Below, in pieces: positions 11,301 through 18,268 of a stretch of DNA of 51,154 nucleotides (its first letter is position 1; every line of letters begins with the position of its first letter). This DNA comes from Escherichia phage damhaus: sequence record NC_049827.1; one strand, given 5' to 3'. The notes beneath the pieces are model-generated. The model was not told where the DNA came from. It worked only from the letters and a program-made list of their open reading frames with translations, and ran no database searches. Position numbers and translations under genes: made by a program.

Positions 11301-11892
11301 TGAGGTTGAGGCTAACATCTCTGAAGTGAAACAGGCTATCGCTAACGAGACAGAAGCAAGGGTGCAGGCTGACCAGGCGTTAACAGCTAAGTTTGGAGAC
11401 GTTGAATCTGCATTAACTCAAAAACTTGATTCATGGGCTAGTGTGTCGTCTGTTGGAGCTAAATACTCAATGAAATTGGGGTTAACATACAACGGTCAAC
11501 AGTACAGCGCAGGAATGGTAATGCAGCTTTCGCAGAGTTCATCCGGCCTTATCTCGCAGATTTTGTTTGATGCGAACAGGTTCGCCATCATGACAAGTTC
11601 GACTGGCGGGGTGTATACGCTGCCTTTCGTGGTGGAAAATAACCAGGTATTCATTAACAGCCTGTTAGTGAAAAACGGTTCAATCACCAATGCGATGATC
11701 GGTAATTATATTCAGTCGAATAACTTTGTTGCCAACTCGACGGGGTGGAGGCTGGATAAAAACGGCAGATTTGAGAACTACGGTTCGACTTCTGGAGAAG
11801 GGGCCATGAAGTTGACCAATGAAACAATAAGTGTGCGAGACGCAAACGGGCGCTTGCGTGTTCAGATTGGTAGGCTTACTGGTACGTGGTAA
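8314..11892 (+). CDS. central tail fiber / host specificity protein (lambda J-like)
   Basis: 1192-aa ORF after I-like gene; fibronectin-III-like segment; C-terminal tandem repeats of about 33 aa. Confidence 0.85.
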   Translation: MAENMITGSKGGSSKPYVPKEMEDNLISINKIKILLAVSDGECDPDFTLRDLYLDDVPVIADDGTVNYKGVKAEFRPGTQTQDYIQGFTDTSSEVTLARDITTTNPYVISVTNKTLSAIRIKMLMPTGIKQEDNGDLVGVKVTYAVDMAVDGDSYKEVLRDTIEGKTRSGYDRSRRIDLPAFNDRVLLRVRRVTADSASSRVTDLIKLQSYAEVIDAKFRYPLTGLVYVEFDSELFPNQIPNISIKKKWKLINVPSNYDPVMREYHGSWNGTFKKAWSNNPAWVLYDIITNQRYGLDQRELGVQVDKWSLYEAAQYCDQKVPDGKGGTEPRYLCDVVIQSQIEAYQLIRDICSIFRGMSFWNGESLSIVIDKPRDPSYIFTNDNVVDGDFQYTTASEKSMYTQCNVTFDDEQNMYQQDVEGVFDTEAALRFGYNPTSITAIGCTRRSEANRRGRWILKTNLRSTTVNFATGLEGMIPSIGDVIAIADNFHSSNLKLNLSGRVMEVSGLQVFVPFKIDARPGDFIIINKPDGKPVKRTISKVSGDGKTIELNIGFGFEVKPDTVFAIDRTDIALQQYVVTSISKGDDEDEFTYSITAVEYDPNKYDEIDYGVNIDDRPTSIVQPDTMAAPENVQISSYSRIVQGASVETMVVSWDKVPYASLYEMQWRKGDGNWLNTPQTANKEIEVEGIYSGNYQVRVRSVSASGSTSPWSRIVTASLTGKVGEPGAPVNLTASDNEVFGIRVKWGMPEGSGDTAYIELHQSPDGTAENSSLLTLIPYPQYEYWHGTLPAGHVVWYRIRSVDRIGNVSGWTDFVRGMASDDVEAVLGDILDKIFDTEAGQDLKENAIDSANKIKDQAQAIIQNALANDADIKWTRVQNGKRKAEYGHALELIATETEARVTQIEELRASIDEDIVSSIKTVQEAIATESETRATQINALDSKFTTEIDGVKRDTAASINQVNQTIANESEARAQAVNALDAKFTKEIEDLNGVIKTEVEANISEVKQAIANETEARVQADQALTAKFGDVESALTQKLDSWASVSSVGAKYSMKLGLTYNGQQYSAGMVMQLSQSSSGLISQILFDANRFAIMTSSTGGVYTLPFVVENNQVFINSLLVKNGSITNAMIGNYIQSNNFVANSTGWRLDKNGRFENYGSTSGEGAMKLTNETISVRDANGRLRVQIGRLTGTW

Positions 11893-11898
11893 AATCAA

Positions 11899-11922
11899 AG
11901 CGGGGCGCTTGCCCCGCATTTA
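11899..11922 (+). terminator. terminator-like hairpin after J-like gene
   Basis: GCGGGGC-GCTT-GCCCCGC hairpin followed by ATTTA (weak U-tract). Confidence 0.45.
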
Positions 11923-11935
11923 TGGAGGTTTAATA

Positions 11936-12241
11936 ATGGCTGAATATGGTGTTTCAACGTGGGATGCTAACGGTAAGTATAACAACTACGGAATCAAGCC
12001 AGTTTCCGTTGTTGGTGTCATCAGCCTTGCCGCTGGTCAGACAAGCGGATCGTGGAGCTTTAGCATTCCAAGTGGTTTTAAGATTGGGTATGTTGTTTCA
12101 CTTGATGAAGGTGCTAGAGGAGTTGGAAGGGAAATAGTAGCATCTGGAAATACAATAAGAATTAGTCCTACATCGTCAATCGGTGCAAATAGGTATTCTT
12201 CTTCAAAGTGCGAGTTAGTTGTTTTTCTTGAGAGGGTTTAA
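11936..12241 (+). CDS. putative receptor-binding protein 1
   Basis: GGAGG RBS; 101 aa starting MAEYG...WDANGK; immediately downstream of J-like gene. Confidence 0.5.
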   Translation: MAEYGVSTWDANGKYNNYGIKPVSVVGVISLAAGQTSGSWSFSIPSGFKIGYVVSLDEGARGVGREIVASGNTIRISPTSSIGANRYSSSKCELVVFLERV

Positions 12242-12242
12242 A

Positions 12243-12881
12243 ATGGCTGAGTATGGAGCGATGTTATCATTATCAAATGGGAATCCATTTGTTACACCAA
12301 AATCAACGCCATTTTGCTTATATGGCAAGTACACTTATTCATCTTCAGGTACTTCTGCCTATCATAGCGCAAGCGCAAATATACCAGTAAATCAATCTTA
12401 TCCATGCATGGCATTTATAAAAACAACAAACACACAGCAGCCAACTGCATTAATAGCTTACAGGAACGGTGGTAATATTTATGTAAACGGAGGTAATCCA
12501 TACGGGCAATCATTTACAATGACTGTTTATATATTTGCCATATTCCCTCAAAATCTACCAAAATATGGCATGGCTATATGGGATGCAAGCGGCAAGTTGG
12601 TTTTAACTAATGAAAGCAGGGTGCTAACAGACCTTGTGACAATTGGTACTCCTGGCTCTTCAGGTGGGACGAATATAGATCAGACATTATCTGGTTCTTA
12701 TGCCGTTTGCCCATCAAGGCTTGGTGCGGTTATAGGTATGGGTGCGTCTGACATATATACATCATGCAGGTATAATGGTTCAGTCACAAGGATAGGTGCA
12801 GCAAGGACAACTCCAGGGACGGGTTCTATAACAAATAACGGAAATTCAATAATTGCAATAAAGACTGATATTTACGACTAA
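12243..12881 (+). CDS. putative receptor-binding protein 2 (paralog)
   Basis: 212 aa, same MAEYG N-terminus and an internal YGMAIWDASGK repeat of the motif. Confidence 0.5.
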   Translation: MAEYGAMLSLSNGNPFVTPKSTPFCLYGKYTYSSSGTSAYHSASANIPVNQSYPCMAFIKTTNTQQPTALIAYRNGGNIYVNGGNPYGQSFTMTVYIFAIFPQNLPKYGMAIWDASGKLVLTNESRVLTDLVTIGTPGSSGGTNIDQTLSGSYAVCPSRLGAVIGMGASDIYTSCRYNGSVTRIGAARTTPGTGSITNNGNSIIAIKTDIYD

Positions 12882-12883
12882 TG

Positions 12884-12912
12884 AAAAAGGGGCTTTCGCC
12901 CCTTTGTTTTTA
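12884..12912. terminator. bidirectional rho-independent terminator
   Basis: AGGGGC-TTTC-GCCCCT hairpin flanked by an A-run and a T-run between convergent genes. Confidence 0.65.
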
Positions 12913-12913
12913 T

Positions 12914-13141
12914 TTACAGACTGCAATCAGCGTTTTTAAAGTTGTCAATGCTTACCCACTGAAAATTAAACGGATAGCCAGCCTTAACAAGAGTGCGGTC
13001 GCCAACTCGTTTTACTCCAAAAATAGCAACTGAATACTGCATACCGCTATTTTCATAAATAGCCGTGCATTCACGTTTAGGCATATTTGCGCAACCAGTC
13101 ATGGTTACGGCTGCAATCAAAACGGCGATTAATTTTTTCAT
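12914..13141 (-). CDS. small outer-membrane lipoprotein, putative superinfection-exclusion (Cor/Llp-like)
   Basis: 75 aa with signal peptide and lipobox (MTGC); convergent with receptor-binding-like genes as in T1/T5-type phages. Confidence 0.55.
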   Translation of the reverse strand: MKKLIAVLIAAVTMTGCANMPKRECTAIYENSGMQYSVAIFGVKRVGDRTLVKAGYPFNFQWVSIDNFKNADCSL

Positions 13142-13196
13142 CTTGGTATCTCCTTCGTTGTTGTTGGTTGCAACTATACACGATCTTACAGCAGGC

Positions 13197-13217
13197 GTTT
13201 AGCAAAAAGTGCTATTC
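13197..13217 (-). promoter_or_regulatory. conserved intergenic box, degenerate copy
   Basis: reverse complement reads GAATAGCACTTTTTGCTAAAC; on the minus strand followed by TATAGT and the leader/RBS of the lipoprotein gene. Confidence 0.5.
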
Positions 13218-13585
13218 TGTTCTTTTTGTTCTCGCGTGTTCTCAAATCTGCGGAGTCTTAAATTTAGCTCAAAAAGTGAACAATAATAGAGAGCAATACA
13301 TACAGATAAATATATATACATACATATAAATCAATAAGTTAGTAGTATATATATTTATGTTTGTTCTTTATTGTTATCTATGTTTTGTGTGATTTTGTGT
13401 GTCTGGTGATTTTTCTGTGATTATGCATGTGTCAGTGGTTATGTGTGCCTATATATCTATATCCGGCGCAAATTGAGGAACAAGAGAACAAAACGACAAC
13501 AAAGATATTTATCAATCACTTACATGTAAGTTTTGTTATCCAAATTGACGAGAACGTTGTTAAAACAGAAAAAACAAAATAACTA

Positions 13586-13613
13586 TTGACTAAACGCATC
13601 AAATAGCTACAAT
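13586..13613 (+). promoter_or_regulatory. sigma70-type promoter (TTGACT-N16-TACAAT)
   Basis: near-consensus -35 and -10 hexamers about 30 nt upstream of the exonuclease start. Confidence 0.6.
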
Positions 13614-13642
13614 GCAGACATACCAACCAATGAGGGCAAATC

Positions 13643-14704
13643 ATGAATAAGTTTATGGCGTACACCAGCGAAGAAATGAGTAATGATCTTTATCACGATC
13701 CAGAAGCGTGGACGGCTGACTATGTTAGTGGATCAAGCCTGGCCGAGATTTACAGCACATGCCCGGCGGCGTGGAAGTTCAAGCCTCGTGACGATAATAG
13801 CAAGGCGCTAGTTTTTGGTACACAGTCGCATACCAACTTTGAAAGCAAGGAGCTTTTCGAAAAAACCTATCGACGCGCGCCAGCGCCAGAAGACTTTAAG
13901 GATCTGATAACTAGCCAAACTGCGCTTGCCGCAAAACTGAAATCATTTGGCCTGAAAGGTACAACCGGAAAGACTTATCCAGACCTTATCAAAATGATGG
14001 TCGATTGCGGAGAAGACCTTAACGTTATGTGGTTGATTGAGATGATCGAAGAAAGCCAGGCCAGAGCCGACGGAGTGCAGCTAATCGACGCTAAAGACTA
14101 CGACGCTTGCGTTGCAATGCGCCAGGTTCTGGAATCAATACCGGAACATAACGCATGTATGAATAGCAAGACAGCACAACGTGAATTATCGTTGTTCGGT
14201 GAAATCAACGGCGTAAAAGTCAAAGTGCGATGCGATCACGTTGACGTAACAAAGAACGTGACAGCAACTCTGATTGATGGTTACGATGAAAAAGGTCAAC
14301 CGATTTGCCGCGATATTATTTATCCAGAGGCCATTGTGATCACAGACTACAAAACCACGATGAGCGCGAATCCGTCTGAGTTTATGCGCCTGGCTTACAA
14401 TCACGGCTATTATTTGAAAATGGCGTTGCAATGTGATTTATTCAGGAAAGCGTATCCAGAAGAAAAGCGACCTATAGTTGTTCGCCTGTTAGCACAGGAG
14501 AAGAAAGAGCCTTATTTGCCGTTGGCTTTCCGCATGAACAACGAGCAATTGAAGATTGGGCGCATTCAGTACATGAGCGTGATTAACCAGTTTGCCATGT
14601 GCCAGCAACATGACGTTTGGCCTTCGTATTCAAACGGTGAGCCGGAGGTTTGTCTTGATACTCCTGATTGGGTGCGACGTCAGTTTAAGCAATATCTTAT
14701 TTAA
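13643..14704 (+). CDS. PD-(D/E)xK recombination exonuclease
   Basis: 353-aa ORF with IVITDYKTT (D-x-K) nuclease motif; first gene of exonuclease / annealase / SSB module. Confidence 0.6.
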   Translation: MNKFMAYTSEEMSNDLYHDPEAWTADYVSGSSLAEIYSTCPAAWKFKPRDDNSKALVFGTQSHTNFESKELFEKTYRRAPAPEDFKDLITSQTALAAKLKSFGLKGTTGKTYPDLIKMMVDCGEDLNVMWLIEMIEESQARADGVQLIDAKDYDACVAMRQVLESIPEHNACMNSKTAQRELSLFGEINGVKVKVRCDHVDVTKNVTATLIDGYDEKGQPICRDIIYPEAIVITDYKTTMSANPSEFMRLAYNHGYYLKMALQCDLFRKAYPEEKRPIVVRLLAQEKKEPYLPLAFRMNNEQLKIGRIQYMSVINQFAMCQQHDVWPSYSNGEPEVCLDTPDWVRRQFKQYLI

Positions 14705-14785
14705 ACAGCACAAATAGCTAAACAAATGAAAAATGCGGTGTTATAATTCACCGCATAAGTTAACAACAAGTGTGAGGAAATAAAC

Positions 14786-15064
14786 ATGGAAAACAAACAA
14801 GTTTCAGAGGTAGCAGTTCATATCAATAATTTTGCAACTGGCATGGCTATGTTGCTTCGTGACTTTGTAGCGCCGCTTGATCCAACGGCAGGCACAGAAG
14901 AAATGGAGTACATCAGAAAAGTAATGGATGCAGTCGATAACGTCGTACTTGTTGCAACAATGAGCGAAGACAACGAGGAAGCAATCAAGGCGGTAAAAGA
15001 AAGTTCTGATCGCATGATGGAAAATCTGATTAAATTACACACCAAAGAAGAAACAAAGCATTAA
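14786..15064 (+). CDS. hypothetical acidic protein
   Basis: 92-aa ORF with GAGGAA RBS; D/E-rich; no recognisable motif. Confidence 0.55.
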   Translation: MENKQVSEVAVHINNFATGMAMLLRDFVAPLDPTAGTEEMEYIRKVMDAVDNVVLVATMSEDNEEAIKAVKESSDRMMENLIKLHTKEETKH

Positions 15065-15109
15065 CAGCAATAAGGCGGCGAAAGCCGCCATTAGTTACGG
15101 GAATTAATC

Positions 15110-15766
15110 ATGAAACTATCAGAGCAATTCGATAAGGTTTTACCAGCACTGCATAAGGCGCGTAGTTTGTTTGTAAAGGTGAAGAAGGATAAGCAAAACA
15201 CTCACCTTAAAAACCGTTACGCAACACTTGATGCCGTACTTGATGCAATCACCCCAGCATTGAATGATAACGAGCTAATGTTGATGCAGGACATGATTGA
15301 AAGCGAACAACCTAACCGCATCAAAGTTGAGACAACCGTTCTTCATGTTTCAGGTCAGTGGGTGAAATTTTACGCAGAGCTACCAATCGTTAAAAACGAT
15401 CCTCAAGGTGTCGGATCTGCATTCACATACGCGCGTCGCTATGCAGCAGCAGCAGCATTTGGCTTAAGCCAGGCAGACGATGACGCACAGATTGCCGTTA
15501 AATCTGCAAACGACTGGAAGCGTGACATTGAGAAATGCGAAAGCGTAAACGAATTGCAAGAAGTGCTTAAATCAGCATGGAAGGCAAGCGATCCGGCAAG
15601 CAAGCAGGTAATTAAAGAGCATTACGAAAAACGCAAAGCAGAGCTTGAGATCGGAAAAGCGCGAGGATTTAATCCAGCGCAACCAAAGCAAAATCTCGCT
15701 ACTCAAGAAGTTGACACAAAAAACGACGAGAAAGTAAAATCACAAAGTATCACTGACTTTGAATAA
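15110..15766 (+). CDS. single-strand annealing protein (ERF-like)
   Basis: 218 aa with [17 protein letters not shown] motif as I recall it from ERF-family proteins; sits between exonuclease and SSB. Confidence 0.55.
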   Translation: MKLSEQFDKVLPALHKARSLFVKVKKDKQNTHLKNRYATLDAVLDAITPALNDNELMLMQDMIESEQPNRIKVETTVLHVSGQWVKFYAELPIVKNDPQGVGSAFTYARRYAAAAAFGLSQADDDAQIAVKSANDWKRDIEKCESVNELQEVLKSAWKASDPASKQVIKEHYEKRKAELEIGKARGFNPAQPKQNLATQEVDTKNDEKVKSQSITDFE

Positions 15767-15772
15767 TTGACA

Positions 15773-15796
15773 TGGGGCGCTTGCGCCCCTTTCTTA
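15773..15796 (+). terminator. terminator-like hairpin
   Basis: GGGGCGC-TTG-CGCCCC hairpin followed by TTTCTT. Confidence 0.5.
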
Positions 15797-15810
15797 CAGG
15801 AGAATAAATA

Positions 15811-16263
15811 ATGCATATTATTACTGGTGAGATCCGAAAAGAGCCGCGAGTAAAGCAAATGCCTAACGGCAGCACACTTTATGTGGTTGAACTTTCAGAG
15901 CGATACAAAGATAAAGATGGAAACTGGCAATATACAAACTACAGTTTCTTTTTTAATGCCAAAACAGAAGGTCTTAATGGTTGGTATGCTGAGGCGTTCC
16001 AGGTTGGAAAGGTTATTTCTGTATCTTGCGACACGCTGCGCATAGAAACGCGTGAATATAACGGAAAGATGTATTCAAGTTTGATGCCTGGCGGATTTGC
16101 AAATCTTATCTTCAGTCAGCGCGGGGAAAGCCAGCAACAATATCAGCAGCGAACGCAAGGAGGATGGGGACAACCACAACAACAGAATCAACCGCAACAA
16201 CCGCAACAGCCAAGACAAAGCAATCAACCTCCTATGGACTTTGACGACGACATTCCTTTCTGA
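15811..16263 (+). CDS. ssb: single-stranded DNA-binding protein
   Basis: OB-fold-like N-terminus, Q/P/G-rich linker and canonical acidic tail DFDDDIPF. Confidence 0.85.
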   Translation: MHIITGEIRKEPRVKQMPNGSTLYVVELSERYKDKDGNWQYTNYSFFFNAKTEGLNGWYAEAFQVGKVISVSCDTLRIETREYNGKMYSSLMPGGFANLIFSQRGESQQQYQQRTQGGWGQPQQQNQPQQPQQPRQSNQPPMDFDDDIPF

Positions 16264-16268
16264 TCAAC

Positions 16269-16291
16269 AAAGGGGCATTACGCCCCTTTTT
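16269..16291. terminator. bidirectional terminator
   Basis: AAAGGGGC-ATTA-CGCCCCTTTTT between convergent SSB and minus-strand genes. Confidence 0.6.
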
Positions 16292-16535
16292 CACTTTCAG
16301 CCATCCCAAGCACGGCAATCACCTTAACAGCAATTCTCTTTGCAAGTTCAGTTTGATGAGCGTTAAGTTTTCCAGTGGTCATTATTGACAACATTCCGCT
16401 CATACTTCCAAGCCCGTTAAGATCTGACATTGCAGATTTCATTATTGATATTGGTGAATGACCATCATCAGCTATTGTGTGCGCTCTCTCTGACAGGTCT
16501 TTAACTACCTGATCAATTCCTTCACTTTTCGTCAT
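16278..16535 (-). CDS. hypothetical protein
   Basis: 85-aa ORF; its 3' end overlaps the terminator hairpin, so the true extent is uncertain. Confidence 0.4.
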   Translation of the reverse strand: MTKSEGIDQVVKDLSERAHTIADDGHSPISIMKSAMSDLNGLGSMSGMLSIMTTGKLNAHQTELAKRIAVKVIAVLGMAESEKGA

Positions 16536-17013
16536 TTGCTTTTCCTTCAGGAGTTGATTGCTGTTCTGGCATTACAGGCCACGGGCTAATTGATTCCCTT
16601 TCTGCTACTGGTTTTTCAGGTTCAATACCTAAAAACTTTCCTACAAACTCACCAACAAAATTTGAGCTATCGCTTACATAAACATGCATCCTGTCTAGAT
16701 CTGCAACCGTAACGCTATTTGGTGCGATCATGATCCTCTGTTGGTGAAAACCGATATACATCACATTAGCCGGACGCTCAATAGTTCCCATATTTGGCGC
16801 AATTACGCCCATTATCCAACAATAATGAATGTTGCCATCAAGCGGCTCACATCCAGCGTTAAGCCAGTTTACTTTCTGGTGTGGGAATGCCATTGATGAA
16901 TCAGTAGCATCACGCCGCAACGACCATTTAACGCCTCCAATCTCAATGATTTGTTTTGGCCTCATTCCGTTGAATTGAGTCACGCCAGCGCCATTTTGAT
17001 TAATGTTTTGCAT
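16522..17013 (-). CDS. hypothetical protein
   Basis: 163-aa ORF with AAGGTGA RBS. Confidence 0.6.
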   Translation of the reverse strand: MQNINQNGAGVTQFNGMRPKQIIEIGGVKWSLRRDATDSSMAFPHQKVNWLNAGCEPLDGNIHYCWIMGVIAPNMGTIERPANVMYIGFHQQRIMIAPNSVTVADLDRMHVYVSDSSNFVGEFVGKFLGIEPEKPVAERESISPWPVMPEQQSTPEGKANDEK

Positions 17014-17027
17014 ATCGGTTCACCTTG

Positions 17028-17351
17028 TTACATTGATTTCATTTTACGCAATGCGCAGATACAAGCGGCAGCAAGATCGGTTAATTCTTTCTCAATGCCA
17101 TGATGCGATCCGTCTGCCTTTTCTGTCATTAGCTCTTTGTATTCCATTTCTACAATCGACATTAAACCGCCTGGCTTGTCAATGTGCGCGTCCCAGGTCT
17201 TAGGATAGTGCTTAGTTCTTTCAATAACACTTCCCATAACTGCATCATGTTCATGATCTCGATCATAATCTCTATCATGGCCATTTCCTTCAATTACTAC
17301 TCGCGGCAAATGCACGCGCGGTAAATGATAGCCAGCGACAAGAATTTTCAT
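17028..17351 (-). CDS. hypothetical protein, possible MazG-like NTP pyrophosphohydrolase
   Basis: 107 aa with AAGGGGA RBS; weak E-x-x-E...D resemblance to MazG. Confidence 0.45.
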   Translation of the reverse strand: MKILVAGYHLPRVHLPRVVIEGNGHDRDYDRDHEHDAVMGSVIERTKHYPKTWDAHIDKPGGLMSIVEMEYKELMTEKADGSHHGIEKELTDLAAACICALRKMKSM

Positions 17352-17364
17352 GAGTATATCCCCT

Positions 17365-17391
17365 TATAAAAAAGCGCCCCGAAAGGCGCTT
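17365..17391 (-). terminator. rho-independent terminator (minus strand)
   Basis: AAGCGCC-CCGAAA-GGCGCTT hairpin followed by a T-run on the minus strand. Confidence 0.6.
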
Positions 17392-17397
17392 GATTTA

Positions 17398-18102
17398 TTA
17401 GCAACCGCAACAGCCAGTTGGCGGAGTCTGCGGAGTAGGCAACTTGAAGTTTACCAATTGCTCTACCTGGTTGATTTTGCAATTCAGTGAGGCGGTCTGG
17501 TTTGCCTGAGATAGAGCAAAACGCGCTTCCTGCAACTGAGCTTTCATATCGCAAATCAAAACAGCCTGAGAATCAGCAAACTGTTGGCGCATCAGATCTC
17601 GCGTTGCATTGCCTTGTCGCTCAATATTCAGGTTTGTCTCACAGCAACATCTCTCCGCTGCAATCTGTGCCTGATAGGAACGCTCAAGAGCATTAACATC
17701 AGCAGCATTAATCGCAGCAACTGTTTGGTTAGTACCGCTAACAATCGCGGTATTCAGTCCGGCGAAACCTTGCACCGATGCAAGCAGGTTTTGCGTATTC
17801 TGGCTGGTAATGCCGTTAAAGGTTGATGCGGCGGAGCGCTCAACGGTAAGGTTTGTGGAGTTTTGGCCTTGCAGAGTTTGCAGACCCAGGTTGTTTACGC
17901 CTGTCTGGATGTTATTAATACCATCAAGAACAGCGTTAGCACCGACAGCAACAGCAGCACCATCACCACCATAACCACCACGACCATTAAATCCGTTACC
18001 AAACCATGACCCAATCAGGCCACCAACAGCACCGCCAAGACCAGCCGCGCCAGCTTCGCCACCAAAACCACCACCAGTAGGGAGTAAAGTCATATCTGAC
18101 AT
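17398..18102 (-). CDS. glycine-rich / Cys-cluster protein of unknown function
   Basis: 234 aa with AGAGGAA RBS; about 40-aa Gly-rich N-terminus, Q/N/T-rich middle, CCC and CCGC clusters. Confidence 0.65.
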   Translation of the reverse strand: MSDMTLLPTGGGFGGEAGAAGLGGAVGGLIGSWFGNGFNGRGGYGGDGAAVAVGANAVLDGINNIQTGVNNLGLQTLQGQNSTNLTVERSAASTFNGITSQNTQNLLASVQGFAGLNTAIVSGTNQTVAAINAADVNALERSYQAQIAAERCCCETNLNIERQGNATRDLMRQQFADSQAVLICDMKAQLQEARFALSQANQTASLNCKINQVEQLVNFKLPTPQTPPTGCCGC

Positions 18103-18234
18103 AGTAAATTCCTCTTTGACGTTAAAAAATTAAAAAAGTTTGCAACATTTATGTTACAACAAAGAGTATGCGCCTAACTGTCAGGAATAGATATAAAACA
18201 TTTGTAAGCGATATGTAAGCAAATGGCATAAAGA

Positions 18235-18262
18235 CGAAAAAAAGCGCAGCCGGAGCCGCGCT
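18235..18262 (-). terminator. terminator-like hairpin after tail fiber gene
   Basis: GC-rich hairpin followed by a U-run on the minus strand. Confidence 0.45.
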
Positions 18263-18268
18263 TAGTGA

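Noticed and set aside
13142-13642. A tRNA or small RNA gene in the AT-rich switch region
   Set aside because: No segment shows tRNA-like acceptor and anticodon stem arrangement; the region is low-complexity TA/TG repeats more consistent with regulatory or origin DNA.
16097-16327. ORF overlapping the SSB C-terminus in another frame
   Set aside because: Out-of-frame overlap with a gene whose own frame encodes the canonical SSB acidic tail; translation is a Q/N-rich artefact of the repetitive linker.
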